This document shows positions 1 to 10,550 of a DNA stretch of 23,460 nucleotides, in pieces. The position numbers and the translations under genes are program-made. The stretch comes from a virus. Lineage: Duplodnaviria > Heunggongvirae > Uroviricota > Caudoviricetes. Under the pieces are notes generated by a model, which was given only the letters and a program-made list of their open reading frames with translations, was not told the origin of the DNA and searched no databases. Every line of letters begins with the position of its first letter. Position 1 is the stretch's first letter. Where the stretch lies: the IMG/VR virus record IMGVR_UViG_2728369186_000002; one strand, given 5' to 3'.

Positions 1-482
1 CCCCACGCCAGAGACGTGTTGCTGTGGCGACCGTCATCACTTCCGGTCAGCACATCGTGCTTTTTCCCCTTGTTGTCAGTTACGCGGAGATAATCCCCGG
101 AGAAAGTCGACACACGGCTGTAAGCCACACCCGCCATCGCATACGCGCTGAACCATTCATTCACGCGCACAGACGGCCCCGCCATTACGCTGAACCAGCG
201 GTTACGAACGGAATCTTCATGCCAGCGGGTATCGCTGTAACGGGTAATCTGGCGATTCTTGTCTCCTGCATAGCTGAACGACGTCACCATCCCCAGTGTG
301 TCCGTAAACTCATAACGGTATTTCACGTTAATCCCGTTCAGATCATCACTGCCGGGAACGTTCGTCCGGGCATGAAGATACCCCGCGCTCAGCGTGGACT
401 GATGTTCAGACGCCCATGCAGGCGCACCGGATACGGCCAGACAAATGGCTGCGGACAAAATGGCGGCATAAAGTTTACGCAT
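1..482 (-). CDS. lom: Lom outer-membrane protein (Ail/Lom family), 3' end runs off window start
   Basis: Minus-strand ATG at 482..480 with GAGAGG Shine-Dalgarno upstream; translation begins [37 protein letters not shown]..., a signal peptide followed by beta-barrel sequence, near-identical to lambda Lom as recalled. The 173-aa plus-strand ORF 24..545 is its antisense shadow. Confidence 0.85.
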   Translation of the reverse strand, partial: MRKLYAAILSAAICLAVSGAPAWASEHQSTLSAGYLHARTNVPGSDDLNGINVKYRYEFTDTLGMVTSFSYAGDKNRQITRYSDTRWHEDSVRNRWFSVMAGPSVRVNEWFSAYAMAGVAYSRVSTFSGDYLRVTDNKGKKHDVLTGSDDGRHSNTSLAW

Positions 483-504
483 AATTACCTCTCGCTTTTC
501 TGCA

Positions 505-530
505 ATAAAAAAGGCGTCATTTCTGACGCC
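505..530 (-). terminator. Rho-independent terminator downstream of J
   Basis: 7-bp stem ggcgtca (513-519) / tgacgcc (524-530) with loop tttc; on the minus strand the hairpin is followed by a U-run (plus-strand A-run 507-512). Sits 19 nt after the J stop. Confidence 0.6.
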
Positions 531-548
531 CGTTCTGGGTTATAAAAT

Positions 549-1719
<1,171 letters not shown>

Positions 1720-1729
1720 NNNNNNNNNN
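1720..1729. other. Assembly gap (10 N) with overlapping flanks
   Basis: Run of n; sequence left of the gap (about 1440-1719) recurs right of it (about 1800-2079) with substitutions. Confidence 0.95.
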
Positions 1730-2622
1730 GATTTCATTGCTGACATCCGTAATGGATGTCCTGATTTCAGCCAGGTCAGGCGCAAGCTGACCGTTATCAA
1801 TCTGCGTCCACAGCTCCTGAGCCAGATGGGTTTTCCCTATCTCGCCTTTGAAAAAATCCAGATAGCCTGATGCATCATCACTCGGCTGACCGACAGCCTC
1901 CACGAATGCCGATTTGCCAACGGTGTTCACACTGCGAACGTAAAAATAATAATTATGGCCCGGCCTGATATTGATACTGGCGGCTATCCAGTACAGCGCC
2001 GTGCCAAGATAGCGTGCTGTGGTTTCAACCTGCCTGATATCGGTAATCCGCGTTTCCGAGAACCAGAACTCAAACTGTACCGTCGGATCATAAACCGCAA
2101 GATGCGGCGTGGCGGTTATCTGAAAATAGCCCGGCGTCAGCTCAATCCGCGACGGCGCTGCCGGTGCGGCAATCCGGAACGATACCGATGCCGGATCGCC
2201 CTGCTGTCCCCACGCATTTACCGCCCGGACCGTCAGCGTGTAACGCCCCAGCGCCAGTTGCCTGAAGCGGTATGTGGTTTCCGTCGTCCGGGCCGTGCTG
2301 ACCAGCCGCTCACTGCCGTCATCCGCTGTTACGGTCAGACGGAGCAGGAAGCTCACGCCCTTCACCACCTTCGGCGTGTCCCAGCGCGCCAGCACCTGAT
2401 ACTCCCCGCTGTCTGCGGTGACTTCTGCGGTCAGGTGCTGCACCGCGGGCGGCGTGACGCCATTCACCGTGCCGCTCAGGTCGCCGTCAAAGTGCGCCCC
2501 GTTATCCACGATGGCTTCTTTTTCCGGTACATGCTGCACGGCGGTGATGGCATACGTGCCGCCGTCGTTCTCACGGATACTCACGCAGCGGAACAGGCGC
2601 TGGCGCAACGTCGGCAGCTTCA
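1730..2622 (-). CDS. J: J segment, a second allele: FN3-like repeat region plus start of a divergent C-terminal domain
   Basis: Part of the 768-aa ORF 1628..3934; encodes ...[46 protein letters not shown]... then [42 protein letters not shown], which diverges from the lambda-type sequence in 549..1719 after the shared FFKG motif. Confidence 0.75.
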
Positions 2623-2632
2623 NNNNNNNNNN
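2623..2632. other. Assembly gap (10 N) with overlapping flanks
   Basis: Run of n; about 430-520 bp on each side are near-identical (2100-2622 versus 2633-3062). Confidence 0.95.
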
Positions 2633-3941
2633 CGCCGGATCGCCCTGCTGCCCCCACGCATTTACTGCCCGGACTGTCAGCCTGTAGTTCCCCAGAGCCA
2701 GTTGTGTGAAGCGGTAAGTGGTTTCCGTCGTCCGGGCCGTGCTGACCAGCCGCTCACGGCCGTCATCCGCTGCCACGGTCAGGCGAAGCAGGAAGCTCAC
2801 GCCCTTCACCACCTTCGGCGTGTCCCAGCGGGCCAGCACCTGGTATTCCCCGCTGTCTGCGGTGACTTCTGCGGTCAGGTGCTGCACCGCTGGCGGCGTG
2901 ACACCATTTACCGTGCCGCTCTGGTCGCCGTCAAAGTGCGCCCCGTTATCCACGATGGCCTCTTTTTCCGGTACATGCTGCACGGCGGTGATGGCATACG
3001 TGCCGTCGTCGTTCTCACGGATACTCACGCAGCGGAACAGGCGCTGGCGCAACGTCGGCAGCTTCAGCCCCCACACGCTGTATTCAGCAACACCGTCAGG
3101 AACACGGCTCACTTTCACCTTCACGCCGTCGGTGACGGACTGAACCTCCACGCTGACCGGACTCCCCTGCCCGTCAACCAGGCTTATCAGCGTGGTGCCG
3201 GAAGATGGCAGCGTGATTTCACGGTCGAGCGTCAGCGTCCGGGTCTGGCTGTTTACCGCCAGCACGCGCCCGCCGGTGCTGATACCGGCATAGTCATCAT
3301 CGCAGATTTCAATGACATCGCCCGGTACATGGCGAAGCCCTTCTGCGCCGACGCTGAAATCCACGGTCTGCGTTTCCAGCAGTTCTGTTTTAATCAGCCA
3401 CAGCCCGGCGCGGTGTGCCTGCCCCCGACTGGTACAGCCAAAGGCATCCATCTTCGTGACGTTACGACCGTAACGGGCAATGGCCTGCGTGTCCTCCACA
3501 AGCTCTGTCGCCGTCTCCCAGCCGTTATCCGGGTCAATCCAGTTCACCTCAACGGCATTATGGCGGTCCTTCAGGGCGCTGAAGCTGTAGCGGAACGGCG
3601 CACCATCATCCGGCATCACCACATTACTGCGGTTATAGGTCCACACCTTATCCGACGGTCGGTCCTGCACGAACGTCAGCGTCTGCCCGTTCCATACCGG
3701 CATACAGCGCATCGCAGAGCAGAAATCACTGAGCACATCCCACGCCTTGCGCTGTGTGGTCAGGTACGCATTACAGGTGATGCGCGGCTCCGTGCCGCCA
3801 AAACCGTCCGGCACCGACTGATCGCAATGCTGGCCGATGACATACAGCGCCCATTTGTCCACATCCGCCGCACCAAGACGTTTCCCCATGCCGTAGCGCG
3901 GATGGGTCAGCATATCCCACAGACACCAGGCCATGTTGTTG
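2633..3941 (-). CDS. J: J segment, central domains
   Basis: Translation MAWCLWDMLTHPRYGMGKRLGAADVDKWALYVIGQHCDQSVPDGFGGTEPRITCNAYLTTQRKAWDVLSDFCSAMRCMPVWNGQTLTFVQDRPSD... matches the lambda J central region as recalled. Confidence 0.85.
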
Positions 3942-3951
3942 NNNNNNNNNN
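3942..3951. other. Assembly gap (10 N) with overlapping flanks
   Basis: Run of n; 3752-3941 is near-identical to 3952-4141 (peptide has H on one side, N on the other in ...YVIGQ[H/N]CDQ...). Confidence 0.95.
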
Positions 3952-4930
3952 GCGCTGTGTGGTCAGGTAGGCATTACAGGTGATGCGCGGCTCCGTGCCA
4001 CCAAAGCCATCCGGCACCGACTGGTCGCAATTCTGGCCGATGACATACAGCGCCCATTTGTCCACATCCGCCGCACCGAGACGCTTCCCCATGCCGTAGC
4101 GCGGATGGGTCAGCATATCCCACAGACACCAGGCCATGTTGTTGCTGTATGCTGGCTTAAACGTTCCGTCCCAGATACCGCTGTATTGCCGCGTCTGCGG
4201 GTTATAGTTCGACGGCACCTGCAGAATGCGCCCGCGAAGATGATAATTACGGCTCACCTGCTGGCTGCCGAACTGTTCCGAGTCCACCTGCACGCCGACC
4301 AGTGCCGTGTTCGGGTAGCACTGTTTCACATCGATGATTTCGGTGTATGACGACCAGAGCGTTTTGTTCTGCAGCTGGTCTGTGGTGCTGTCCGGCGTCA
4401 TCCTGCGCATCCGTATATTGAACGGGCGCGGCGGCAGGTTACCCACCACCACCGAGGCCAGATACTGCGAGGTGGTTTTGCCCTTAATGGTGATGTCTTT
4501 TTCCGTCACCCAGCCACCATTACGCTGTATCTGAACCAGCAGGCGAACTTCCGACGGATTCCGGTCCCCCTTTGAGGTGGTTTCCACCAGTGCCTGCACA
4601 CCGAAGGTAAAGCGCAGTCGGTCGATGTTTGCCGACGTGATGGCGCGGGTGATCGGCGTGTCGTATTTCACTTCCGTACCCAACACCGTCTCGGAGCCGG
4701 AGGATTCAAATCCCTCCGGCGGAGTCTGCTCCTGCTCACCAGCCCGGAACACCACCGTGACACCGGCGATGTTGGTATTCCCATCACTGTCCAGCACCGG
4801 CGTACTGTTCAGCAGCACGCTTTTTAATCCATCCATCGGACCTTCAATCGGCCCTTCACTGATGGCATCAATCACACTCAGCAACTGCGTGGACTTCAGG
4901 TTGTCCTTCGCTTCGCGCGGGGTATGCCCC
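3952..4930 (-). CDS. J: J segment, N-terminal region; first ~7 codons lie in the following gap
   Basis: Frame reads GHTPREAKDNLKSTQLLSVIDAISEGPIEGPMDGLKSVLLNSTPVLDSDGNTNIAGVTVVFRAGEQEQTPPEGFESSGSETVLGTEVKYD..., matching the lambda J N-terminus from residue ~8. Confidence 0.85.
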
Positions 4931-5092
4931 NNNNNNNNNNNNNNNNNNNNNNNNNNNNNNNNNNNNNNNNNNNNNNNNNNNNNNNNNNNNNNNNNNNNNN
5001 NNNNNNNNNNNNNNNNNNNNNNNNNNNNNNNNNNNNNNNNNNNNNNNNNNNNNNNNNNNNNNNNNNNNNNNNNNNNNNNNNNNNNNNNNNNN
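4931..5092. other. Assembly gap (162 N) hiding the J start and I 3' end
   Basis: Run of n between the I body and the J N-terminal region. Confidence 0.95.
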
Positions 5093-5660
5093 ACCCCACG
5101 CGCATTTCACCGTACAGAACAGGCAGAACATTGCCCTGGGCAACCATGTTATCCAGTGAAGAAAAATAGGTGTTCTGTTTGCCGTTATCCGTTGTCTGTG
5201 TGCGGGGGGTTTTGGGTTTAGGGGCCAGCATCTGTGCAACACCGCCAAGCGTCATACTGGCACCGAGAGAAAACAGCAGATTACTCGCCATAATTCCTAC
5301 CCCCGGCATCCATATAGCAACCGCCATAACAGCCGCCCCCAGCACAGCCTGAAACACACCGCCACTTTTGGCTCCCGCCAGACGCGGCACGATATGGATC
5401 ACAGCACCATTTGCCAGCGGTTCATTAAGACGGGCTGATAATTCCGTTTCACCTGTATCACGCCCGGCAATGCGTACCTGATACCAGCCGTCGCTCAGCT
5501 TCTGACGAAACGCCGGGATCTGCATGGCCAGCGCCCGGATGGCTTCGGCCCCCGTTTTCACACGCAGATCGATGCGGCGGCCAAATCGTTGTAAATCCCC
5601 GTAAAGGCAGATGCGCGCCATGCCCGGTGACGCCAGAGGGAGTGTGTGCGTCGCTGCCAT
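5093..5660 (-). CDS. I: Tail assembly protein I, 3' end lost in gap
   Basis: ATG at 5660..5658; MAATHTLPLASPGMARICLYGDLQRFGRRIDLRVKTGAEAIRALA...NGKQNTYFSSLDNMVAQGNVLPVLYGEMRVG, near-identical to lambda I as recalled. Confidence 0.85.
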
Positions 5661-6067
5661 TTGTCGGTATACCTCTCTCGTTTGCTCAGTTGTTCAGGAA
5701 TATGGTGCAGCAGCTCGCCGTCACCACAGTAAATGGCGGCATGATTCGGCACCGATGAACCAAAGCAGCACAGCAGCACATCGCCCGGTTGTGCTGATGA
5801 CAACGGCACCTGATACAGCCCTGTGGCCTCCAGATTATCCAGATAGAGATTCTGACCGTGACGCCACCAGTCATCCCCGCGATGAAAATCCGGCATCTCA
5901 ATTCCCGCCAGATGGTAAGCGTCCCGGAACAGCGTGTAACAGTCCGTCACCCCGTGCTCAAAGCGCCGCCCGGTGAGATGCGGCACACAGCGGAATTTAT
6001 GAATCGCCCCCCGGCAGACCAGCCACCACGGCAAATCACTCTGCACCTGCAGCCGCCGGTCGGCCTC
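5558..6067 (-). CDS. K: Tail assembly protein K (NlpC/P60-type), copy 1, 3' portion with stop
   Basis: ...EADRRLQVQSDLPWWLVCRGAIHKFRCVPHLTGRRFEHGVTDCYTLFRDAYHLAGIEMPDFHRGDDWWRHGQ...YNDLAAASICV with stop at 5558; matches the lambda K C-terminal half; overlaps the I start. Confidence 0.8.
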   Translation of the reverse strand, partial: EADRRLQVQSDLPWWLVCRGAIHKFRCVPHLTGRRFEHGVTDCYTLFRDAYHLAGIEMPDFHRGDDWWRHGQNLYLDNLEATGLYQVPLSSAQPGDVLLCCFGSSVPNHAAIYCGDGELLHHIPEQLSKRERYTDKWQRRTHSLWRHRAWRASAFTGIYNDLAAASICV

Positions 6068-6077
6068 NNNNNNNNNN
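6068..6077. other. Assembly gap (10 N) with overlapping flanks
   Basis: Run of n; 6078-6427 repeats 5718-6067 with substitutions. Confidence 0.95.
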
Positions 6078-6604
6078 CGTCGCCGCAGTAAATTGCGGCG
6101 TGATTCGGCACTGATGAACCAAAACAGCACAGCAGCACATCGCCCGGCTGTGCCGCTGACAACGGCACCTGATACAGCCCCGTCGCCTCCAGATTATCCA
6201 GATAGAGATTCTGGCCGTTACGCCACCAGTCATCCTCACGATAAAAGTCCGGCATCTCAATCCCCGCCAGATGATAAGCATCCCGGAACAGTGTGTAACA
6301 GTCCGTCACACCGTGCTCAAAGCGCCGCCCGGTGAGATGCGGCACACAGCGGAACTTATGAATCGTCCCCCGGCAGACCAGCCACCACGGCAAATCACTC
6401 TGCACCTGCAGCCGCCGGTCGGCCTCACTCAGCCAGGGCAGACCACCGGGGTGGCTGTGGACCAGCGCCACAATCTCTCCCTGCATTTCTGCACTCAGCC
6501 AGTCCTCCGGCGACATCCGGAAATACTCCTCCGGCTCACCGGATATATTCACGCAGGGAAAATATCTTTCCCCCTCCGGTGTTCTCACCACGAAGCCGCA
6601 CGAC
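6078..6604 (-). CDS. K: Tail assembly protein K, copy 2 (second allele), truncated at both ends by gaps
   Basis: ...SCGFVVRTPEGERYFPCVNISGEPEEYFRMSPEDWLSAEMQGEIVALVHSHPGGLPWLSEADRRLQVQSDLPWWLVCRGTIHKFRC...DFYREDDWWRNGQ...NHAAIYCGD; differs from copy 1 at several residues. Confidence 0.8.
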
Positions 6605-6708
6605 NNNNNNNNNNNNNNNNNNNNNNNNNNNNNNNNNNNNNNNNNNNNNNNNNNNNNNNNNNNNNNNNNNNNNNNNNNNNNNNNNNNNNNNNNNNNNNNN
6701 NNNNNNNN
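6605..6708. other. Assembly gap (104 N) hiding the L 3' end and K 5' end
   Basis: Run of n; the computed ORF 5947..7146 artificially fuses L and K across it. Confidence 0.95.
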
Positions 6709-7146
6709 CACCGCGCTCAGTTCACTGCACTGCTCGATGCGCCAGCGGCTGATCACCTCCTGCTCCGGATCGGCGTCACTGTTTCCGTTGACGAAGTTCA
6801 CCGCATCCAGAAAACGGGCGTAAACCTTACGCCGGACCACCGTTCCGCCGACCAGACTCTGCAGGTCTTCCGCCATCCCGGTGACCATGCCGTGCAGGTT
6901 AGAAACCGTCAGTGTCGGACGGGCAGCACTGCCCTTGCCATTCAGTTCAAATCCCGTCCCCTGAATGGGGTATGCCTGATACTGCCGCCCCTGCCAGGTA
7001 ACCGGCTCACCTTTTTCGTTCTGCTCATTACAGAAAAAATAACGTTCACCACCGACCTCTGTCAGATCGATTTCCCAGAGCACCACCTGGGCTGACTGAG
7101 TGAGGCGTGTCGTCTCATGATGTGTTTCCTGTGGAATATCCTGCAT
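6709..7146 (-). CDS. L: Minor tail protein L, N-terminal 146 aa (3' end in gap)
   Basis: ATG at 7146; MQDIPQETHHETTRLTQSAQVVLWEIDLTEVGGERYFFCNEQNEKGEPVTWQGRQYQAYPIQGTGFELNGKG..., near-identical to lambda L as recalled. Confidence 0.85.
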
Positions 7147-7155
7147 CAGAGCCTC

Positions 7156-7485
7156 CTATGCCACGACCTGTTCAAAATCTGCCGTTATGGTTATCCACAG
7201 CGCCCCCACGCTTGCCGACCATTTACGACAAACCACCCTGATCGGCTTCCAGTCATAAGGTGGCGTCCACTGAAATGCGCGGACGCCACCGTGCCGTTCC
7301 AGAAAGGCTTTTAAAGATGGGTGTTCACATTTACGAACACGTATCGTCACGCTGTAAATCGACAACTGGTTATTCAGTCCCGCCGCACGACGCTGTTCAT
7401 AACCATCGCCCAGCTTCACTGTCACCACTTTCGGCTCTGATACCACATTCATATCCGGGCGCACTTTCCAGTGAAACGTCTCCAT
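7156..7485 (-). CDS. M: Minor tail protein M
   Basis: 109 aa, METFHWKVRPDMNVVSEPKVVTVKLGDGYEQRRAAGLN...ADFEQVVA; same length and colinear with lambda M (MKTFRWKVKPGM...AEFEQVVN); start overlaps the H stop. Confidence 0.85.
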   Translation of the reverse strand: METFHWKVRPDMNVVSEPKVVTVKLGDGYEQRRAAGLNNQLSIYSVTIRVRKCEHPSLKAFLERHGGVRAFQWTPPYDWKPIRVVCRKWSASVGALWITITADFEQVVA

Positions 7486-10400
7486 TACCGATATGCTCCA
7501 CTTAACCGACCACCATCACGGGCCTGCTGTTGCATAAAGTCCGCTGCCGCTTTTTTCCCGAGGTCATAAACCACCTTCAGGGCAGCCGGACCTATCTGCC
7601 CGTTCGTGCCATCGTTATTGATCTCGATGTTGTACTGCGGGGCAAACATCGCCATACCTGAACCACCAATATCCGCCACAACCCCCAGCTTACCGTCAGC
7701 ACCACGACGCAGTGGCAGAATGGCTTCAGGTCCCGCTTCCCCCATCACACCCGCGCCTTTTGCAAAAGCAAAAAACGTCGGACGGTTAACCACCGTGCCA
7801 CTGTAACGACTCAAATCAGCAGACTGATAAATCCCCCCATTGGCATTCAGGGAAAGGCTGCTGAGATCAAATCCCAGTACACTGCCAATCCCTTTTATCG
7901 ATTTCATCATGGTTGCCTGCGCCAGGATTTTCGCCATATCTGACAGCACAGAAGAGGTGAAGGATTTGAAATTGAGTTTGCCGGTAGTGACAAAAGTTGC
8001 CAGGCCATTTCCCATGTTGCTGAAGGCTGACGAGAACACCTGTTCTGCTGTTCCTGCCGTATTATCTGCATCCACGGTAAAATCCTGAAATGCACGCAGG
8101 ACTCCGTTTTTCCAGTTACCCTGCACAACTTCAAGCTGTTGCCAGTAACGGCGATTCTCATTCAGTTGTCGGTTCAGGCTCTCCGTCAGCGCCTGCTCGG
8201 CCTTTCTGTAGTCATCCGTGTTATATGTTCCTTTCTGCTCACTATCCCGCCTCAACTGCTCCAGCTGTTGCTGGTATTTCTGGCGAAGACTCAGTTGTAC
8301 CTGATATCGCTGCCGCTGCTGATCACCCATACCCACAGTGGCGATATCCAGGTCATGTTGCTGACGCTGAGCGCGCTCTTCTTCAGCCAGTTGACTGGTC
8401 AGCTGAATTGTTTTTTTCTTCAGCTCGTTGAGTGCCGTCTGTTTCTGAAGCTCCTGCTGTTTTACATCCAGCAGCGTCAGTGCCTGAATCAGTTCATCTT
8501 TACGGGCCAGCACACTCTTTTCATCTGCCGTCAGTTTTTTCCCGTCCAGGTCGCTGATGCGCTGCTGCAGAGCCAGAAGCTGTTTATGCGCTTCTGTCAT
8601 CCTTTCCGTGGCAATGCCTGCTGACTGTCTGGCAGCAGCAATCTGTCCTTCCACCTGTGCCTGTTGCTGACTGTACTGCAGCAATAACCGGGTGGCCTCA
8701 TCATTACGGGGGTCGCGTGTTTTTTTCTTACCGGATGCCAGGGCTTTCTCGTAACGTTCATTTTCACGTTGTATCGCCGCATCCCTGACAGCCTGATCGG
8801 CGTACTGCATGGAATTAATACGCGCAATTTCACGCTGATGTCGTGCTGCTTCCGTTTCATTCATCCGGTTCAGTGCAGCATTTTCAGCATTACGGCGTTT
8901 CTGTTGCTCCTGATAATTCCGCTCTGCCTGCTCTTTTGCATCCTGCAAATCCTTCTGGCGTTTTTTCTCCTGAAGCTCGTTAAGACGCTGCTGATCGTAC
9001 TCAACCTGAGAAGATGATGCCGTCCAGGGGAGTCTTTTCGCCCGCGACACTTTCTCCTGTAAAGCGGAAATCTGTTCATCCAGCGAGTCTTCACGACCAA
9101 TATTCATGGCCGCATCCCAGAAACGACTCCATAAATCAGACAGATACTTCAGCGTACTGCCCAGCGCATTGAGGTTATTATCAATATCCGCAGTACGCCG
9201 ACCGGTTTCCTCTGCCAGTGCAGACATGGCTATCCGTGCCGCATCACTGGACCGCCCCTGTTCCCCAAGGACGCGTATCTGCTCAAGCTGAGTGGCAGTA
9301 AGAAAATGCAGCTCATTGTCCAGAGCCTTCGCGGCATTTACAGGATCATCCTTCAGCCGCTTAAACTGATTTATGGTATCGCTGACCGACTGGCCAACCG
9401 ATCGCTCCATCTGTGCGGCAGCTCTCGCCACCATACCGATATCGTTTCCACGAAATGCACCACTCCCCACCACCTGAGCCAGCGCACCGGCTGCAGCATG
9501 TTGCGTAATACCATTCCCGGAAATAGCACGACTGAGCGTCCACAGCTGCCCGGCAGTGACTCCGGCATAATGCCCCGTCAGCGACAACTGGCGGTTAAAT
9601 TCTTCCCCCTCCTTCTGACCATCATACCAGGCTTTACCCAGACCATAGACGGCCGCGGCAATACCGCCAATAACCCCGCCCAGCATCATGCCTTTCGGTG
9701 ACATCAGTGTGTCTATCCATCCGGCACGGTTAGCCAGCGTTATCCCGGATCCCCTCAGCGCACCTAAATTGCCGCGAGCCAGTTCACCTATCAGAACGCC
9801 TATCTCCTGGCGGGCCGCTGCACTTTTCAGACCCAGCGAATGCGTGGCTTTTCCTGCCTGCTCCATTTTGCGGATATACACTTCTGCAGCACTGCTTACC
9901 CCCAGCTGGGCAGCCTTAGCACGAAGCAACTCAGAAGAAGAAAGATTCTGGCGGGTTGCCTGCTCTTTAAGCTGACGGATAAACGCCACTTTCTGTCGGG
10001 TAGCCTCTGCCTCAGCCTGCGTAAGAACACCGGTTTTCGCCGTAACCTCAGAAATCAGCGCCAGATAATCCTGCTGACCAATCCCGCCACTGTTTCTGGC
10101 CTGTCGGATCTGCTGCTGAATACGCTGTAATTCCTGCAGTCCCGCACTGGCCTGTTTCACACTGTCAATCTGACGATAAAACGCGGCAGCCGCTTTATCC
10201 TGAGCCTCCGCCAGAGCCATGGCCTGCGCCTGTTCCTCGCGCATTTTCTGGCTCAGTGCCTCCATACGCTGGCGGGTTTGCTCCACCTCGCGGGCCATGC
10301 GTTCATGAGCCTGTGCGCTCTTCTCCACCGTCTGCGCATGGACGGATGCGGCTGTTGCAGCCGAAGAAGCCGCCTGCATTGTCTGCCGGGCGGCCTGAGT

Positions 10401-10550
10401 CTGACGCTCCATAAAACGCTGCATACGGGCAGAAGACCGTTCTGCATCGCTGGCTGCACCATTCAGAAGGTTTTTGATACGGGGAATTTCATTTTTAAAC
10501 TCTGCCGCATCAATCCCCAAATCAATGACCAGGTTGGCTATCTGGTCCAT
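7485..10550 (-). CDS. H: Tail length tape measure protein H
   Basis: About 1021 aa from MDQIANLVIDLGIDAAEF (the track ORF starts 10 codons earlier at 10580); long coiled-coil-rich body; C-terminus ...INNDGTNGQIGPAALKVVYDLGKKAAADFMQQQARDGGRLSGAYR matches the lambda H C-terminus. Confidence 0.9.
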   Translation of the reverse strand: MDQIANLVIDLGIDAAEFKNEIPRIKNLLNGAASDAERSSARMQRFMERQTQAARQTMQAASSAATAASVHAQTVEKSAQAHERMAREVEQTRQRMEALSQKMREEQAQAMALAEAQDKAAAAFYRQIDSVKQASAGLQELQRIQQQIRQARNSGGIGQQDYLALISEVTAKTGVLTQAEAEATRQKVAFIRQLKEQATRQNLSSSELLRAKAAQLGVSSAAEVYIRKMEQAGKATHSLGLKSAAARQEIGVLIGELARGNLGALRGSGITLANRAGWIDTLMSPKGMMLGGVIGGIAAAVYGLGKAWYDGQKEGEEFNRQLSLTGHYAGVTAGQLWTLSRAISGNGITQHAAAGALAQVVGSGAFRGNDIGMVARAAAQMERSVGQSVSDTINQFKRLKDDPVNAAKALDNELHFLTATQLEQIRVLGEQGRSSDAARIAMSALAEETGRRTADIDNNLNALGSTLKYLSDLWSRFWDAAMNIGREDSLDEQISALQEKVSRAKRLPWTASSSQVEYDQQRLNELQEKKRQKDLQDAKEQAERNYQEQQKRRNAENAALNRMNETEAARHQREIARINSMQYADQAVRDAAIQRENERYEKALASGKKKTRDPRNDEATRLLLQYSQQQAQVEGQIAAARQSAGIATERMTEAHKQLLALQQRISDLDGKKLTADEKSVLARKDELIQALTLLDVKQQELQKQTALNELKKKTIQLTSQLAEEERAQRQQHDLDIATVGMGDQQRQRYQVQLSLRQKYQQQLEQLRRDSEQKGTYNTDDYRKAEQALTESLNRQLNENRRYWQQLEVVQGNWKNGVLRAFQDFTVDADNTAGTAEQVFSSAFSNMGNGLATFVTTGKLNFKSFTSSVLSDMAKILAQATMMKSIKGIGSVLGFDLSSLSLNANGGIYQSADLSRYSGTVVNRPTFFAFAKGAGVMGEAGPEAILPLRRGADGKLGVVADIGGSGMAMFAPQYNIEINNDGTNGQIGPAALKVVYDLGKKAAADFMQQQARDGGRLSGAYR

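Noticed and set aside
24-545. 173-aa plus-strand ORF
   Set aside because: Exact antisense of lom, whose minus-strand translation matches lambda Lom; no Shine-Dalgarno; shadow ORF.
2100-3062. Apparent tandem duplication of the J FN3-like repeat
   Set aside because: The copies are separated by an N-run and differ by scattered substitutions, consistent with overlapping contigs from different prophage copies rather than a real in-gene duplication.
1955-3970. 671-aa plus-strand ORF, with smaller plus-strand ORFs at 2418..2687 and 2718..3143
   Set aside because: Antisense to J; Arg/Cys/His-rich low-complexity translation typical of the reverse frame of a GC-rich gene; spans N-gaps.
5947-7146. 399-aa minus ORF
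   Set aside because: Artificial fusion of the L N-terminus and the K body across the 104-N gap.
8139-9701. Several 60-160-aa plus-strand ORFs inside the tape measure region
   Set aside because: All antisense to the H reading frame, which is continuous and matches lambda H at its C-terminus; no start signals.
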